This document shows, piece after piece, positions 27,862 to 42,134 of a DNA stretch of 64,000 nucleotides. The notes beneath the pieces are model-generated. The model was not told where the DNA came from. It saw only the letters and a list, made by a program, of their open reading frames with translations, and made no database searches. Every line of letters begins with the position of its first letter. Position 1 is the stretch's first letter. The stretch comes from Octopus sinensis (Eukaryota): positions 20,584,001-20,648,000 of the forward strand of contig NC_043008.1 of the NCBI RefSeq assembly GCF_006345805.1. The letters run 5' to 3'. Position numbers and translations under genes: made by a program.

Positions 27862-27944
27862 CACTATCTCACATCAAATCTCTTGCCTCGCAAAAACCAA
27901 AGATCTCCTCTGAAAAAGAACGTTCTTAAACAGAATTATTACGT

Positions 27945-28165
27945 ATTCTTTTCTTATATCTTCTTACTTGTTTCGGTCATTTGGCTGCGGCCGTACTGGG
28001 GCACCGTCTTTAGTCGAACAAATCGGCCCCAGGACTTAGTATTTGTACGCATAGTACTTATTCTATCGTTACCTTTTGCCGAACCGCTAAGTTACGGGGA
28101 CGTAAACAGACCAACCTTAGTTGTAAAGCGATGGTGGGGGACAAACACAGACACACACACAGAGG

Positions 28166-28205
<40 letters not shown>

Positions 28206-28525
28206 CATCATCTTCATCATTTTACGTCTGCTTTCCATGCTATCATGGGTTGGACGATTTGACTGAGGACTGGCGAACCAGATGGCTGCGCCAGGCTCCA
28301 ATCTGATCTGGCAGAGTTTCTAGAGCTGGATGACCTCCCTAACACCAACGTTATATACAACGGGCTTTTTTCAGTTTCCGTCAACCAAATCCACTCACAA
28401 GGCTTTGGTCGGCCCATGGCTATAGTAGAAGACATTTGCCCAAGGTGCCACGCAGTGGAACTGAACCCGGAACCATGCGGTTGGGAAGCAACCTTCTTAT
28501 CACACAGCCGCGCCTACGCCTATGG
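27945..28525 (-). mobile_element. CORE-like SINE with a nested insertion (about 28200-28350) in its internal microsatellite
   Basis: Tail half 27945-28160, head half 28355-28525; the intervening segment ends in a (GAT)n tail on the minus strand. Confidence 0.8.
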
Positions 28526-29329
28526 CAAGATTCTTACTTCACAGCCACGCCTACACCTACATAGTGGATATACCTTAGCATTATCATTGTATAATTCTTC
28601 ATATCATCGGAATAATTTTTTTAAACACTGCCAGGCATTCTTGAAATTCCAGAAATTCCTCAAAATAATAGAATGGTTAAGCAGCATTAATGATTCTTTC
28701 TAATTTTGCCGTAAGGCCAACAATGTTGAGTGGATGCAGTGAGTCGATCACAGCAAATCCAATATTTGACTGTCAGTAGCGATCTCAGTAGGAGAAAAGA
28801 CAATGTCAACCACGGTTTAATTTGAGCTCAGAATGTAAGGAGCCGCAAGAAATTCCGTTAAGCATTATTTTTTCTAATGTGCTAGCGATTCTTCCAGCTC
28901 ACCGTCTTTAGTGTTATCAATAATAGTTTTACTGCAAGTAATAAACATTGCCACATGACAGAAAAAATTCAAGTTTGGTTTACAGTAGTCAATTCAGCCA
29001 CCGTCTATTGATAATGGCTGAATCAACAGCCGTAAGCCAAACTCAAACCTAGTGTGACTACAAAATATTTTGATGCGCAAAACGGTTAGATAAATGATGT
29101 GTTAATTTCATCGTAGTTTCTTAGTTTAACCACATTTACCCGTGTTAATAGAATGTATTATAAATAGTTTTTATAAGTCTTTCAGTACACAAACTGTACA
29201 AATTAAAGGCTCTGTTGAACAACATGTAATCTAGCTTAAGTAAATATATCTATATATGTAATCGAAACATTAAAAGAGCAATCAAAGAGTTACAAGTTGT
29301 CCTTAAATAGTTTTATCATATATTTTTTT

Positions 29330-29760
29330 TATCTTTTGCTTGTTTCACTCATTAGACAACGGCCATGCTGTGACAATGCCTTGAAGAATTTTTAGTCGAA
29401 TTTATCGATCCCGGTACTTGTTTTTAAAGCATGGCATTTATTCTATCGTTCACATTGCCGAACCTCTAAGTTACGGGAAGATAAATACACCAGCACTGGT
29501 TATCAAGCAGTGGTAGACGCACACACATACACACACATACGTTCATATATCGTTGCTATTATGTTAATCTGTCGTGTGTCCAAATTTGGTCAAATGCTTT
29601 TTTTTCAATATATATTTTTACTTGCAAAAAAAGACGGCTCTTTTGGTTAAATAAAACTTGGTAAAATGTAGTACAACGGTTTTGCTATGGAATGGTGAAA
29701 CTTTTTTTTCTGAAATAGCAACGTTTTGGACTTACAACACTTTTGCATAATAGCAACGAG

Positions 29761-29809
<49 letters not shown>

Positions 29810-29962
29810 ACGGGCTTCTTTCATTTCTATCTAGGAAATCCTCTCACAAGGCTTTGGTCGGTCCGTGGCTGTAGTAGAAGACAAGGTGTCATTTAGTGGG
29901 ACTGAATCTGAAGCCATGTGGCTGGAAAGCAAACTTCTCACCACACAGCTATACCTCCACCT
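29330..29962 (-). mobile_element. Diverged CORE-like SINE split by an unclassified insert (about 29545-29760)
   Basis: Both halves recognisable by similarity to 23266-23660. Confidence 0.7.
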
Positions 29963-29992
29963 GTTCAGTTTATATGTAACTCTACCATGATT

Positions 29993-30560
29993 TAAGACGG
30001 CGAGCTTGCAGAAACGTTAGCACGCCGGGCAAAATGCGTAGCCGTATTTCGTCTGCCGTTACGTTCTGAGTTCAAATTCCGCCGAGGTCGACTTTGCCTT
30101 TCGTTTTTTCGGGGTCGGTAAATTAAGTACCAGTTACGTTCTGGAATCGATGTAATCGACATAATCCGTTTGTCTGTCCTTGTTTGTCCTCTCTGTGTTT
30201 AGTCCCTTGTGGGTAGTAAAGAAATAGGTATTTCGTCTGGCGCTACGTTCGACTTTGCTTTTCATTCTTTCGGGATCGATAAATTAAGTACCAGTTACTC
30301 ACTGGGGTCGATATAATCGACTTAATCCGTTTGTCTGTCCTTGTTTGTCCTCTCCGTGTTTAGCCCCTTGTGGGTAGTAAAGAAATATGTATTACGTCTG
30401 TCTTAATCTTCTGAGTTCAAATTCCGCCGAGGTCGATTTTTGACTTTCATCCGTCTGGGGTCGATAAATTAAGTACCAGTTGCATACTAGGGTCGATATA
30501 ATCGCCTGGCCGCCTTCCTCCAAATGTTCTAGCCTTTTACCTAGAGTAGAAAAGAATGCT
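29993..30560 (+). mobile_element. Trimeric array of the Meta/MESC-like SINE
   Basis: Unit restarts near 30229 and 30390; the last unit has a different tail. Confidence 0.88.
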
Positions 30561-31103
30561 ACCCCAATTTGCATTAGAATGACGTCACCTTTATATCGTA
30601 CTCTTAAAGTAAACCCAACATATTTTCTTATTGCTTCCTGTCGTAATCGACCTTTGCTAGTTATTTTACCTGCAAAGTAAGAGCTACTTTCATATATCAA
30701 CGATACTACACTTTTCACTGCATATCACAATGACACAAAGTAAGTCAGACTCCAATCTACTCCTTACAACTACCTTTCTGAAGCAATGAAATGGAAAGTG
30801 TAAGAGTGAATTTTTTATTTTTCCATAGTGACATGTTTGCTTGATTTATCGATGGCTAACAATTTTCTCACCCCATATAAGGACATGTGAATGGAGTTGT
30901 ATTAAGAAGAATTTTCAAGTAAATTCCGAACGCTCAATTATTCGCAATTATATTTCCATATATTAATGTATTTACTAATTTAAGTATAGATGCACACTGA
31001 CACTTTTATATTCTTGATTATGCGTATATAGATATGTCCCAGTTTGACTAAAGCCTTTTAAATGCATTTGGTAAAGGGGAACTAAAAGAAGTCCATCGTG
31101 TGC

Positions 31104-31143
<40 letters not shown>

Positions 31144-32969
31144 GTGTGTGTGTTGTAGTTGTGCTCCACTACTACATGATAACCAATGATATTTTGCTTA
31201 GCGGTTTAGTTGGCATAAGACAAACTATAGAATAAGTACTAGGCTTAAAAAGTAAGTCCTTGGATCTATTTGTGTGTCTAAAGCATTCAAGGTGGTGTCC
31301 AAGCGTAACTGTGGTTCAATGGCTGAAACAAGTAAAAAGATGAAAAACAAAATAAAACATTCAATCTTTAAACAACACCAATTTTTCGTAACTCATCACT
31401 TTTGTAAAATACTTGTATATCCTAACGCTCTAACTTTCAGTTCTTCTTTGTCAAAGTCAGTACCACCTGTAGCATTCGTTCGGATTCTATTTTCACAACA
31501 AATGGTTATTACTCTGAAGCCCTTTTTTCAATATACAACTCTGATACAAACTGAACTTTACACATACCCACAAACTACCTTCAATCATTTCATTAGTTAA
31601 CCCAGTGCTTAAAGAAGAAGGCTACGTTTAGCGTATTTTTCCGATAACAAATATAGAGAGCATTGCAGTGTCTTGAATAAAATAGTTGTTTTTGACATTT
31701 TTAAGTACTTATTTCCATATTGCGTAATCACGGTTCACTAAACTGTTCCATCTTATGGAAGAGCGGGAAAGAGATTCCGGTCACAGTGACGATAACATTA
31801 ATGTAAACAAATCCGGCTTTCTATCTCACCAATCACACCCACAAAACAGCAATTCTCACAATTAAGTGAGAAAAACTATTCACTTAAAGTGAACAAATTT
31901 TTGGAAACGAGATATGCCCCCCAAAACTATTCACTCAGCTGTAGGCAGACCAGAGTCCAGAATCCAGTGAGGACTTCTTGTTTGTAAAAAAATAATTGCG
32001 GCAAACAACAAAAAAGCGAAAATCTTACCTTACAGTTGAGCTTCTTTTTTAAAACTGTGGCAAAATTGCCTTTGATTTTATCCATTTTTATTTAAGGAAA
32101 CAATGAGAGGGGACGTATGGCCATAGAAAATGGGATTTTTTTAAATATACAAAAATAAACATATTTAAACAAACATCGGCTACAAGGCAACTCGTTCGAA
32201 ACACATCGGCACGAAAAACAACAAAACAAAACATACATTCTACTTAACAAGAACAGAGAGACCAGAGGGTAACGCCGTTTGCAGGAGAGGTTGGGAAAGG
32301 GAAAATGGGATTAAAGTGTAGAGTTGGAAAGAAACAGGAAACGCTATGCTAAGAGAAGTTAAGAGAAGTTAGCATGGCTATGAGTTAAAGCACTTGTGAA
32401 CGTGATAGGAGGGATGAAGGGAAGAATGAACAGGTAGAAGAAAGTGACAATTAAGAAATTAGTAATTACCGATGAAGAAACGAAAAGCTAAAATTGAAAA
32501 ATGACAAAACTGAAAAATGATGAAAAAATGAGAAAATGAAAAGAAGCTGAGACAGTGTGAAAAGGGGGAGTTTTAATAGATTACACGAACTGTGAGGAAA
32601 CCCTTGGAAATCCCCGTTTAACATTCCAGAAGGATTTTAATTTTTTTTCCAGAAATTATTTTTTTTAATTTCAAAAGTTTGAAAGATCAAGACTTGAAAA
32701 TTTTCCCCAAAAATCTCTTGGGGTAATACAGAAATTGCCATAGTCTAACGCATTATTCTATTTAACATCTCTCTCTCTCATACACATACATACACACACA
32801 CACACTACTCTCTTCTCGGCAATAACTAAAGAACAGCATTGATACACGAAGAACTAATAAAATAGCAATAATATACACGGTGATAGTTGCAGCAACAACA
32901 ATAATAACAGCAGTGCCGAAAATTCGAAAACTGAAGAAAATTAATAAAAATAGCAACTAATACAATAGC

Positions 32970-32974
32970 ATCTA

Positions 32975-33027
<53 letters not shown>

Positions 33028-33060
33028 ACTACTGCTACAGCTGCTGCTGCTGTGATGGCA
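32970..33060. repeat. (CTA)n/(CTG)n trinucleotide array
   Basis: Direct inspection. Confidence 0.95.
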
Positions 33061-33344
33061 GACGACAGCAGTACCAAGAGTAGCAGTAGCATTATTTAGA
33101 GGAAGAATAACAAGAGCGATAATAACACGCATTTCCTTTTGCTTCGGGGTGACCTTCGTTGGTACTAGCTGACCCGGATCTTTTCAAAAGATCCACTGAT
33201 CCTGTGTTCATCTGTCTACTACTGTCACTACTACTACAGCAACAACAACTACTACTACTACTGCTAATGCGGCTGCTGCTACTACTACTACCACTATTAC
33301 CACTACTACTTTTACAAATAATAATAAAAATAATAATAGTAATA

Positions 33345-33501
33345 GGCGCAGGATTGGCTATGTGATAAGTAGCTTACTTATGAACCACATTGCCCGGGTT
33401 CAGTCCCACTGCTTGGCACCTTGGGCGAGTGTCTTCTACTATAACCTCGCGCCGACCAAGGCCTTGTGATTTGGTAGACGGAAACTGGAAGAAGCCTGTC
33501 G

Positions 33502-33545
<44 letters not shown>

Positions 33546-33790
33546 CGTGTGCGTTTGTGTGTGTGTGTGTATGTGTGTGTGTGTTTGTGTGTCTGTTTGT
33601 CTCCCCAGCATCGCTAGACAACGGATGCTGGTTTGTTTACGCCCCCGTAACTTAGCAGTTCGGCAAAAGACTCTGATAGAATACGTACTAGGCTTACAAC
33701 GAATAAGCTCTGGGGGCGATTTGCTCGACCATAATGGCGGTGCTCCAGCATGGCCGCAGTCAAAATGACTGAAACAAGTAAAAGAGAAAG
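33345..33790 (+). mobile_element. CORE-like tRNA-SINE with internal microsatellite
   Basis: Full-length match to 23266-23660. Confidence 0.88.
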
Positions 33791-33809
33791 TTAAGAGAGA
33801 TAGTAAAAT

Positions 33810-33831
33810 ACTAATAATAATAATAATAATA

Positions 33832-33878
<47 letters not shown>

Positions 33879-33965
33879 CATCAACATTATTATTATCATT
33901 ATTATTATTATTTATTATTATTATTATTATCATTATTATTATTATTATTAATATTATTATTATTA

Positions 33966-34033
<68 letters not shown>

Positions 34034-34063
34034 GTAATCGTGATGATGATGATGATGATGATG
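33810..34063. repeat. (AAT)n/(ATT)n/(GAT)n array
   Basis: Direct inspection. Confidence 0.97.
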
Positions 34064-34110
34064 AGCAAAAATTTTTTAAAACACGAGCAAATAAAACATA
34101 TTTTGTAAAT

Positions 34111-34435
34111 TTAAGAGCAGAAAAAAGATGGGTGCAAACAAGAAAACACAGTGTAAAATATCAGCTTGTAGATTTTCGTGGTTTTTCGTAAACGCTTTTC
34201 CAACACTTGACTTGTTACTGTGAAAACAGGCACCTATATGTCTGTGGTTTTCGATTGGACTGAAATTACCCTAAAATTGGCAACTTTAAAAGCTATCAAG
34301 TGTTTGCTTATTGATTTATGGCGAAAATGAAATTTATGTCGAAATTGAACATACAGAACTAAACCAAATTTGAAATCAATTGGAACCAAATTGAAGAGAT
34401 TCAAAAACAGGAAAGATCTCCACTACTACTACTAA

Positions 34436-34512
<77 letters not shown>

Positions 34513-35185
34513 TAAGTCCAATTTGATTCTTTTTCTTTTTGCTGTTATTTTTCTATTATTCGTTTTTTTTTAATGTAGCCACCTACTTTTTTACGTATAA
34601 CAAAGGAGAATCGTCTTTACGTTGACGGTCGGCATCCCATCCCCACCCGATTCAAGTCTGCCGCCGGGCCTTTCGTTGCTTTTAGCGACGTTCCAACAAT
34701 TGCAAGCATTGAATGCAAGCATTGAATGCAAGCCTCTGCCCGAGGGGGTCATGACCTATCCAAGGACTGTCATCCTCTACACTTCTCTGAGAGTGAAAAG
34801 AAGTATCCCAAACCCCAAGCTCTCCACCGAATCCTTACACTCCTCTCTCACATGTGAGGATTTCTCTCTTCTTTATATCTATATTATTTCCCTTCTATGC
34901 AGCAACGGCCGACTTGCCGCCACGTTAACAGCAACAACCTCTTTCATACAAATGATGCAACCTTTCATACCCCTTACCTTTCCTCAACCATGCATCATTC
35001 ATACGCAGTCTTAACATCAAACGCCAAATTAAGAGCAGAAAAAAGATGGGTGCAAACAAGAAAACACAGTGTAAAATATCAGCTTGTAGATATTCGTGGT
35101 TTTTCGTAAACGCTTTTCCAACACTTGACTTGTTACTGTGAAAACAGGCACCTATAGGTCTGTGGTTTTCGATTGGACTGAAATT
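34111..35185 (+). repeat. 157-bp direct repeat pair (34111-34267 and 35029-35185)
   Basis: Identical except for two substitutions by eye. Confidence 0.95.
34640..35025 (+). mobile_element. Highly decayed LINE (CR1/L2/Jockey-like) 3' fragment
   Basis: Translations loosely resemble the LINE C-terminal pattern (LH...FSLLY.Y...C...LA...H.YAV); weak. Confidence 0.35.
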
Positions 35186-36085
35186 GTCCTGGTTCTGTGA
35201 ATGGAGACTTCGAGTGTGTCCTCGAGTAGAAATATATCAAATGTGTCTCTTTTAATGCAAAAAGTCTTTAAGAACGTCTCATACAAAGAAAACACTTACA
35301 TAACCCAGAAAATATATGCAGTACTCATGTTTAGGGTACTATTAATATTCTTACTCTGTACCTATGTACTTTCTGTACGTAGGAACATTATGTACATATG
35401 TAAGCTACACCCTAATGTGTGACACGGGGATAAAAATGAAACAGAGACATTTTCTACGACAGTACTACTACGTAGGTTAGTATTAAATCCCTTGCAATCA
35501 ATGTGAAGGCTGCGACCCACAGGTGTGATCTCTCCTCTCTGTCTTTTCTATAGCTTCTATGAAGATCTAGGTTGCTTGGAGATAGTTGGTCTTCAGCTTC
35601 TTCCATTCGACAATTAACAGCCTACTCATCTCTGCTAATCATCACTCTTAAGGACCACCTTAAGCACCATGCATATTCCTTACACTTGAACATTGATTCT
35701 CTGGAAGTTTATCCTCACTTTTGTCTTTCTTGCAGATATTGACTGACCCCACAACGTGATTATTTCGTGGGAGTGGTTTAAATCAATAGTAGTAGTATGG
35801 CTGAGCTTTATTTCAACAATCTCAAAAGGATAACGAGCAATGTTGACCAGGTAGGGGGGATTGATTTCATAATACAAAGGGTACTATTGTTATCTCAGGA
35901 GTCATAAAAACACTTTAAAATACAACAACAACAAAGAAATACACCTATATTTGATTTAGAACCTCTTTCCTAAATAAATAAATGTACCAAGGACTGAATG
36001 CAGCAAGTGATTATTTTAACGGCCGAACAAGGATCTAAGATGTCGGGCCTAGACTAATGTGGGCGAACTTAGTATATAGTCTTTT

Positions 36086-36496
36086 ACTATTTTACTCTTT
36101 TACTTGTTTCTGTTATTTGACTGTGGTGATGTTGGAGTACCTCCTTTAGTCGAGCAAATCGACCCCAGGACTTATCCTTTGTAAGCCTAGTACTAATTCT
36201 ATCGGTCGATTTTGCCGAACCTATAAGTTAAGGGGACGTAAACACACCAGCATCGGTTGTCAAGCGATGTTGGGGAGACTATCACAGACACACAAACATA
36301 TGCACACACATGCATATATATACATATATACGACGGTCTTCCTTCAGTTTTCATCTACCAAATCCACTTACAAGGCTTTGGTTGGCCCGAGGCTATAGTA
36401 GAAGACACTTTCCCAAGATACCATGCAGTGGGACTGAACCAGGGACCGTGTGGTTAGTAAGCAAGCTACTTACGACACAGCCACTCATACGCCTAT
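36086..36496 (-). mobile_element. CORE-like tRNA-SINE
   Basis: Full-length match to the family. Confidence 0.87.
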
Positions 36497-36889
36497 GTGT
36501 ATATTAAAGGTGAAAGTTTGTAAGATAAAAGGCAGCTTGTTGCGTGTTTTGAAAAAAGTAAATTTCTACAATTTCATTTCATAAAGGCGTATGAATAAAT
36601 ATTAACTAAAATCTGAAATACATATACATGATACTCAAATGACAGCGACACTCACAGGAAAGTGTTATTAAAGAAAATGTAATTTCGACACTGCTAATTA
36701 AACGTTTCCTCTTTTCTCAACTAGACAAATAAGCCTGAAAAACAAGGAGGGGCGTTTTTCCCCTAATTTTCCCCTTTGCGATGCATTCACAACTTTTTCG
36801 CACTATCCCCGTCACGAGATGGAAAATCGTGAAAAACCTCTCAACCCTAGTTAATATACAATCATTACAAGCAATCTCAAAAATCACGT

Positions 36890-37137
36890 CGTGGCTGTGT
36901 AGAAAGAAGCTTGCTTTCCAACCAATTGGTTCAGGATTCAGCCCCATTGCATGACACCTGGGGCAAATATCTTTATGAGTGGATTTGGCCGACGGAAACT
37001 GAAAGGAGCCCGCCGTGCATATATATACATATATATATATATTATATATATATATATATGAGTGTGTGTGTGTGTGTGTTAGTATATATATATATATGTA
37101 TGTGTTTATATATACATATATAGATATATATGTATAT

Positions 37138-37183
<46 letters not shown>

Positions 37184-37185
37184 TA

Positions 37186-37237
<52 letters not shown>

Positions 37238-37905
37238 TATATATGGTGGATTCTCTCATCGAAGACGATGAATGAGGGTTCAGTAAATAACCTTCAACAA
37301 TTCCTAAGCATTGTGACACCGCATGTGTATCTTCAATCCAGCAGATGTCTTGCACACTTTCTCGCAAAAGGTACACTTGCATGTATTCTTTGTTTCAAAA
37401 TGTCTTCTCGAGTGGACAGCTAAAAAAAAAAAGCACACATCGATGCGCCAAACCTCAGGTGTTATTGAGTGAATATGGTTTACTGAACAACCGGCACTTT
37501 GACTTGTTTAAAGTTGTCATTGCTTGTGCTGAACAAAGCACACTCTCTCCATCGAATTAACATGGACGGAACACTTTTACAAGAAAATCTTGCGATCGTT
37601 TTATCATCTGACGTGTGGCACACCGTGCACCTGTACAGACTATGTTATATATATATATATATACACAAACACAGACTCGAGAGTGCGTCTCCTCGCATCT
37701 GTGATTTCTCCCTCACCACCGCTTGACAACCGGTGATTTTGTAGTGAAATTCTCATAAGTTAGCGGCTCGGTAAAAAGAAAACAAAACTGACATATTAAT
37801 TACCAGGCCTTAAACAAAGTACTGGCGTCGATTCATACGAATAAAAATTCCTGAAGGTGGTGCCCCAGGATAGCCTCAGTCTAATGACTGAAACAAATAA
37901 ACGAC
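36890..37905 (+). mobile_element. Diverged CORE-like SINE split by an expanded microsatellite and a nested RTE fragment
   Basis: Head 36890-37018, tail 37695-37905. Confidence 0.7.
37243..37620 (-). mobile_element. RTE-type LINE 3' end with a terminal C2H2 zinc finger
   Basis: 37375-37313 translates CTFCEKVCKTSAGLKIHMRCH, followed by a short 3' tail (tcatcgtcttcgatg...ccatatata) running into (TA)n. Confidence 0.65.
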
Positions 37906-38654
37906 AAAATATATGGTAGAAATTGGCAAGTCAGAAAGTTTACAGGACATCTCTTTGATAATCCAAACGAAGGCGTTAAATGGAAATTTGATTGAATTAT
38001 AGAATAAAAAATGCTAAAATCCGAAGTAGGAATGTGTCATGGAGATATGATAAAATGGGTAAATGTAATGCATATGGGTGGAACTAGTTTAATAAACCAA
38101 TTTATAATATGCTATAAATTGTGATAAAATATAGGTACGAGCGGACATACATGGAATGCTAAGTATAGGAATGTGAATGAATGAGAAATATATGGAAAAC
38201 AATAATATCGCATCACAATTATTGAATGGAAAGCTACTGAGGAAAACATACAAATAGAATTATGCGTTTGTGAATCTTAAGAAGAATAAGGAAATATGTA
38301 GGAGTTATAAGACAATTTATATCAATATGAATACGTGATAACGAGAAAGGACGGTAAATTTATAGAAATAAACACTTCGCGATAAGGCACATTGAAGATT
38401 ATGTGCAACAATACAATGTATGGAATAAATAACGTTAGACAATATATGGTAGCTTTGTGAGAGAAAAATTACGGAGGACAATACATAGAAATAAAATCTG
38501 CGAGAAACGTTCGTCAGATAAAGCAGAAAAATACAAATTGCAGAGATAATCCGGATGAACACAAAACCACACGCACGCAGCAGCCACACACGTATCAAAC
38601 ATACACTTGTGTACGCGAGCGCATGCCTTCGTGCGTATATATGCGTGTGCCCGT

Positions 38655-38668
38655 ACATATATATATAC

Positions 38669-38752
<84 letters not shown>

Positions 38753-38970
38753 AATATATGTATGTGTATGAATATATATATATATATATATATATACAAG
38801 TATATATATATGTATATATACATATGCATATATAAATATATGTATGTGTTTATATATACATATATATATACATATATATATATATATAGATATATATATA
38901 TATATATAATATATATATATATGTGTATGAATATATATATATATGTATGTGTATGAATATATATATATAC

Positions 38971-39046
<76 letters not shown>

Positions 39047-39062
39047 AATATATGTATGTGTA

Positions 39063-39112
<50 letters not shown>

Positions 39113-39268
39113 AATATATATATATGTATATATACATATACATATATAAATATATGTATGTGTGTGAATATATATATATGTGTATGAATATATATATACA
39201 TATGTAAGCATGCATAGATATAGATATACACATATATGCATTTATGCGAACGTATGCATCCATACATA

Positions 39269-39330
<62 letters not shown>

Positions 39331-39385
39331 TCATACACATACATATATTTATATATGTATATGTATATATACATATATATATACT

Positions 39386-39424
<39 letters not shown>

Positions 39425-39600
39425 TTATATAGTGCATTTATGTATACATGCATGTATGGATGTATGCAAGCATGCATGTATATATGTATGAATGTTTGCA
39501 TGCATGTATGTATGTATGTATGTATTTATGTATGTATGCATGTATGTATACATGCATGTATGTATACATGCATGCATGTATGTATCTATGTATCTATGCG
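38655..39600. repeat. Compound (TA)n array with a higher-order unit, followed by (TATG)n
   Basis: Recurrent unit catatacatatataaatatatgtatgtgtatgaa. Confidence 0.95.
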
Positions 39601-40199
39601 CGTGAGTATTGTGTAGGAAAGACTTCTGGTTATAACGGATATTCGCAACAACAAAAAAAATGAAATGACTAGAAAGAAAATTACAAATATAAGATGACAA
39701 CGCGTATAAATATGTGATGATGAAAAAACAAAAGCGTTATTGAACGATATTAATAGAAATATTAATGTTTCAGAAAATGTATGGAAAAATAACAACTCAT
39801 AACAAGAAAAAACTCTATAAGAAAAGATACAGCATGACAAATTACGACTATGCAAATGTATGAGGAACATCACTACAAGAATTACAAAAGAATATGAACG
39901 TGTGAAAGAATGTATAGAAGACAAGATACATAGGCAAGTGTGTATGTTTGTATGTGTTTATTTATTTATTAAATAATGAATGATTGACTAAAATAAAAAA
40001 AGCTAGTAATGTTATTAATATGAATAGTTGAGAAAAGTTATTAAAAAAAAAAGACAATAGATGAAACGCGCATTTTATGTAAAAGTGATATATATAAATA
40101 AAAAATTGCTAAGAAAAATTTAAGGCAAATATTGCAGAGACAAAACAAAATCAAATAGTTTTTGTAAAAAAAAAATGAAAGGAATAAGTAAAAGGAAAA

Positions 40200-40550
<351 letters not shown>

Positions 40551-41157
40551 GTGAGGACTGTATTGAAATATTAATTTCTCAGGCATATCAAATGAATAGA
40601 ATAGACAGTATGTATGGCTGTGAAATCTAATTGAAAACACATACATACATGCATACATGTATACGTGTATATACATGTATTCTAATATTTAGGAGTGTTA
40701 CTAAATATACGTGACAAAGGATTAAACGTTATCAGAGCTAATGCCTATAGTGCCTGTGTTCCTGCGCCTATATAGATAACATGTAGCAATGATATGTTAA
40801 TGTAATACAAAGTGGGATCTCCATAATACTGAGAAAAATATTGTTGTTACCGATGTTGTTGCAGCTGAAGGGAATTTATACATTTATTTTAATAAGCTAC
40901 AAAACCGAATATGTGTTTTTGTTCTAATAAGGAAGCTACTTAAGTTTATATTTCGCTTTTGGATTTGGTTTACAAGATTCTTTATACGAGTTCGTGTGTT
41001 GAAGCATATTCTGTTGTGTCTGGGGAGAGTCATTTTTTGTGGCTTATAATGTAACACACTCACCGGTAAAATTTCCACTTATTTCTTATTTTTATTTTCT
41101 AAAATTTTCGTTGCGTCTTGCAACCTTTTCAAGTCTTGACTCAAGACTATTGAAAAG

Positions 41158-41175
41158 GTGGCGGTGGTGGTGGTT

Positions 41176-41224
<49 letters not shown>

Positions 41225-41286
41225 CAACAGCAGTAGTAATAGTACTATCAGCAGCAGTAGTAGTAGTAGCAGCAGCAGCTGCAGCA
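41158..41286. repeat. (GTA)n/(GCA)n array
   Basis: Direct inspection. Confidence 0.95.
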
Positions 41287-42134
41287 GGGATTTGCGGAGG
41301 CTCAATGTTGGTAACAAAATCAGGACAGTGGAGACATACAACACACCAAACAAAAATCAACAATTAAGCCAGACGATGTAAGGTAGCAAACACTGGAGGA
41401 ATATTTTTTATTAAGAGAAAAGATAGGAGAGGGGACAGATAAGAATGCGTCCGTCCATATCATTATATGATTCAACGCCTCGCATCCATTTTCAAGTAAG
41501 TTTATCGTATATAATTCACGGGGGTGAAGATTTTCTATTGAAACACCTTAATACCCTGGTATAAGAAAGCAATTTCCTTTTAAGTGCCGAAAAATGTGTA
41601 TTTTCTGTCATGAAAAAGAACAAAAAGTGTCAGCTGGAGGAGGGAGAGATTGTTGGAGGTTGGCGAGAGAGGTTTTCGGAGGTTGGCGAGAAAGATTGTC
41701 GGAGGTTTGTGAGAGGCAAGGACATTATTCTGCTTAGCGAAGGCATCTGGGAAACGTATAACTGCTGTTATTCACAGAAAAATAATTGTTTTGCCCTGAG
41801 AAAATACTGTTGAAGTGAAATTTGACAATCGAGTATCGAATTGACGCTATGCCTGCATGAAGCCACTACAAATACGTTGTGGAATACAAAAAAAAGTTAT
41901 CTACAGTCATGGAAAAAGAGCAACTGTAAAAATGGGGAATTATCGGAGTAATGGGCAGTCAAAAAAGTATGTATGTATAGAAATGTTTGAATGAAGTCTT
42001 TAATGTTTAAGATTCAAGTTAAGGAACTGCAATAATAATGTTCAGCACTTCAAAACTGTGAGTAGTGAAATGCAGAATTTATATCGGCTGATCATGAGAA
42101 TCAAATGTTGATCGCTTCGCTAAAATTTGCAAGT

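Noticed and set aside
29993-30560. CRISPR-like repeat array
   Set aside because: Eukaryotic context; units are SINE segments without unique spacers, and there are no cas genes.
37313-37375. C2H2 zinc finger as part of a host ZNF gene (a family expanded in cephalopods)
   Set aside because: Single finger with no TGEKP linker, followed by a retroelement-like tail and nested inside a SINE; better explained as an RTE C-terminus.
38317-39616. Long ORFs up to 316 aa, and the many other YIYI/CVCV/MYVC ORFs across the window
   Set aside because: Stop-free translations of (TA)n, (TG)n and (TATG)n microsatellites.
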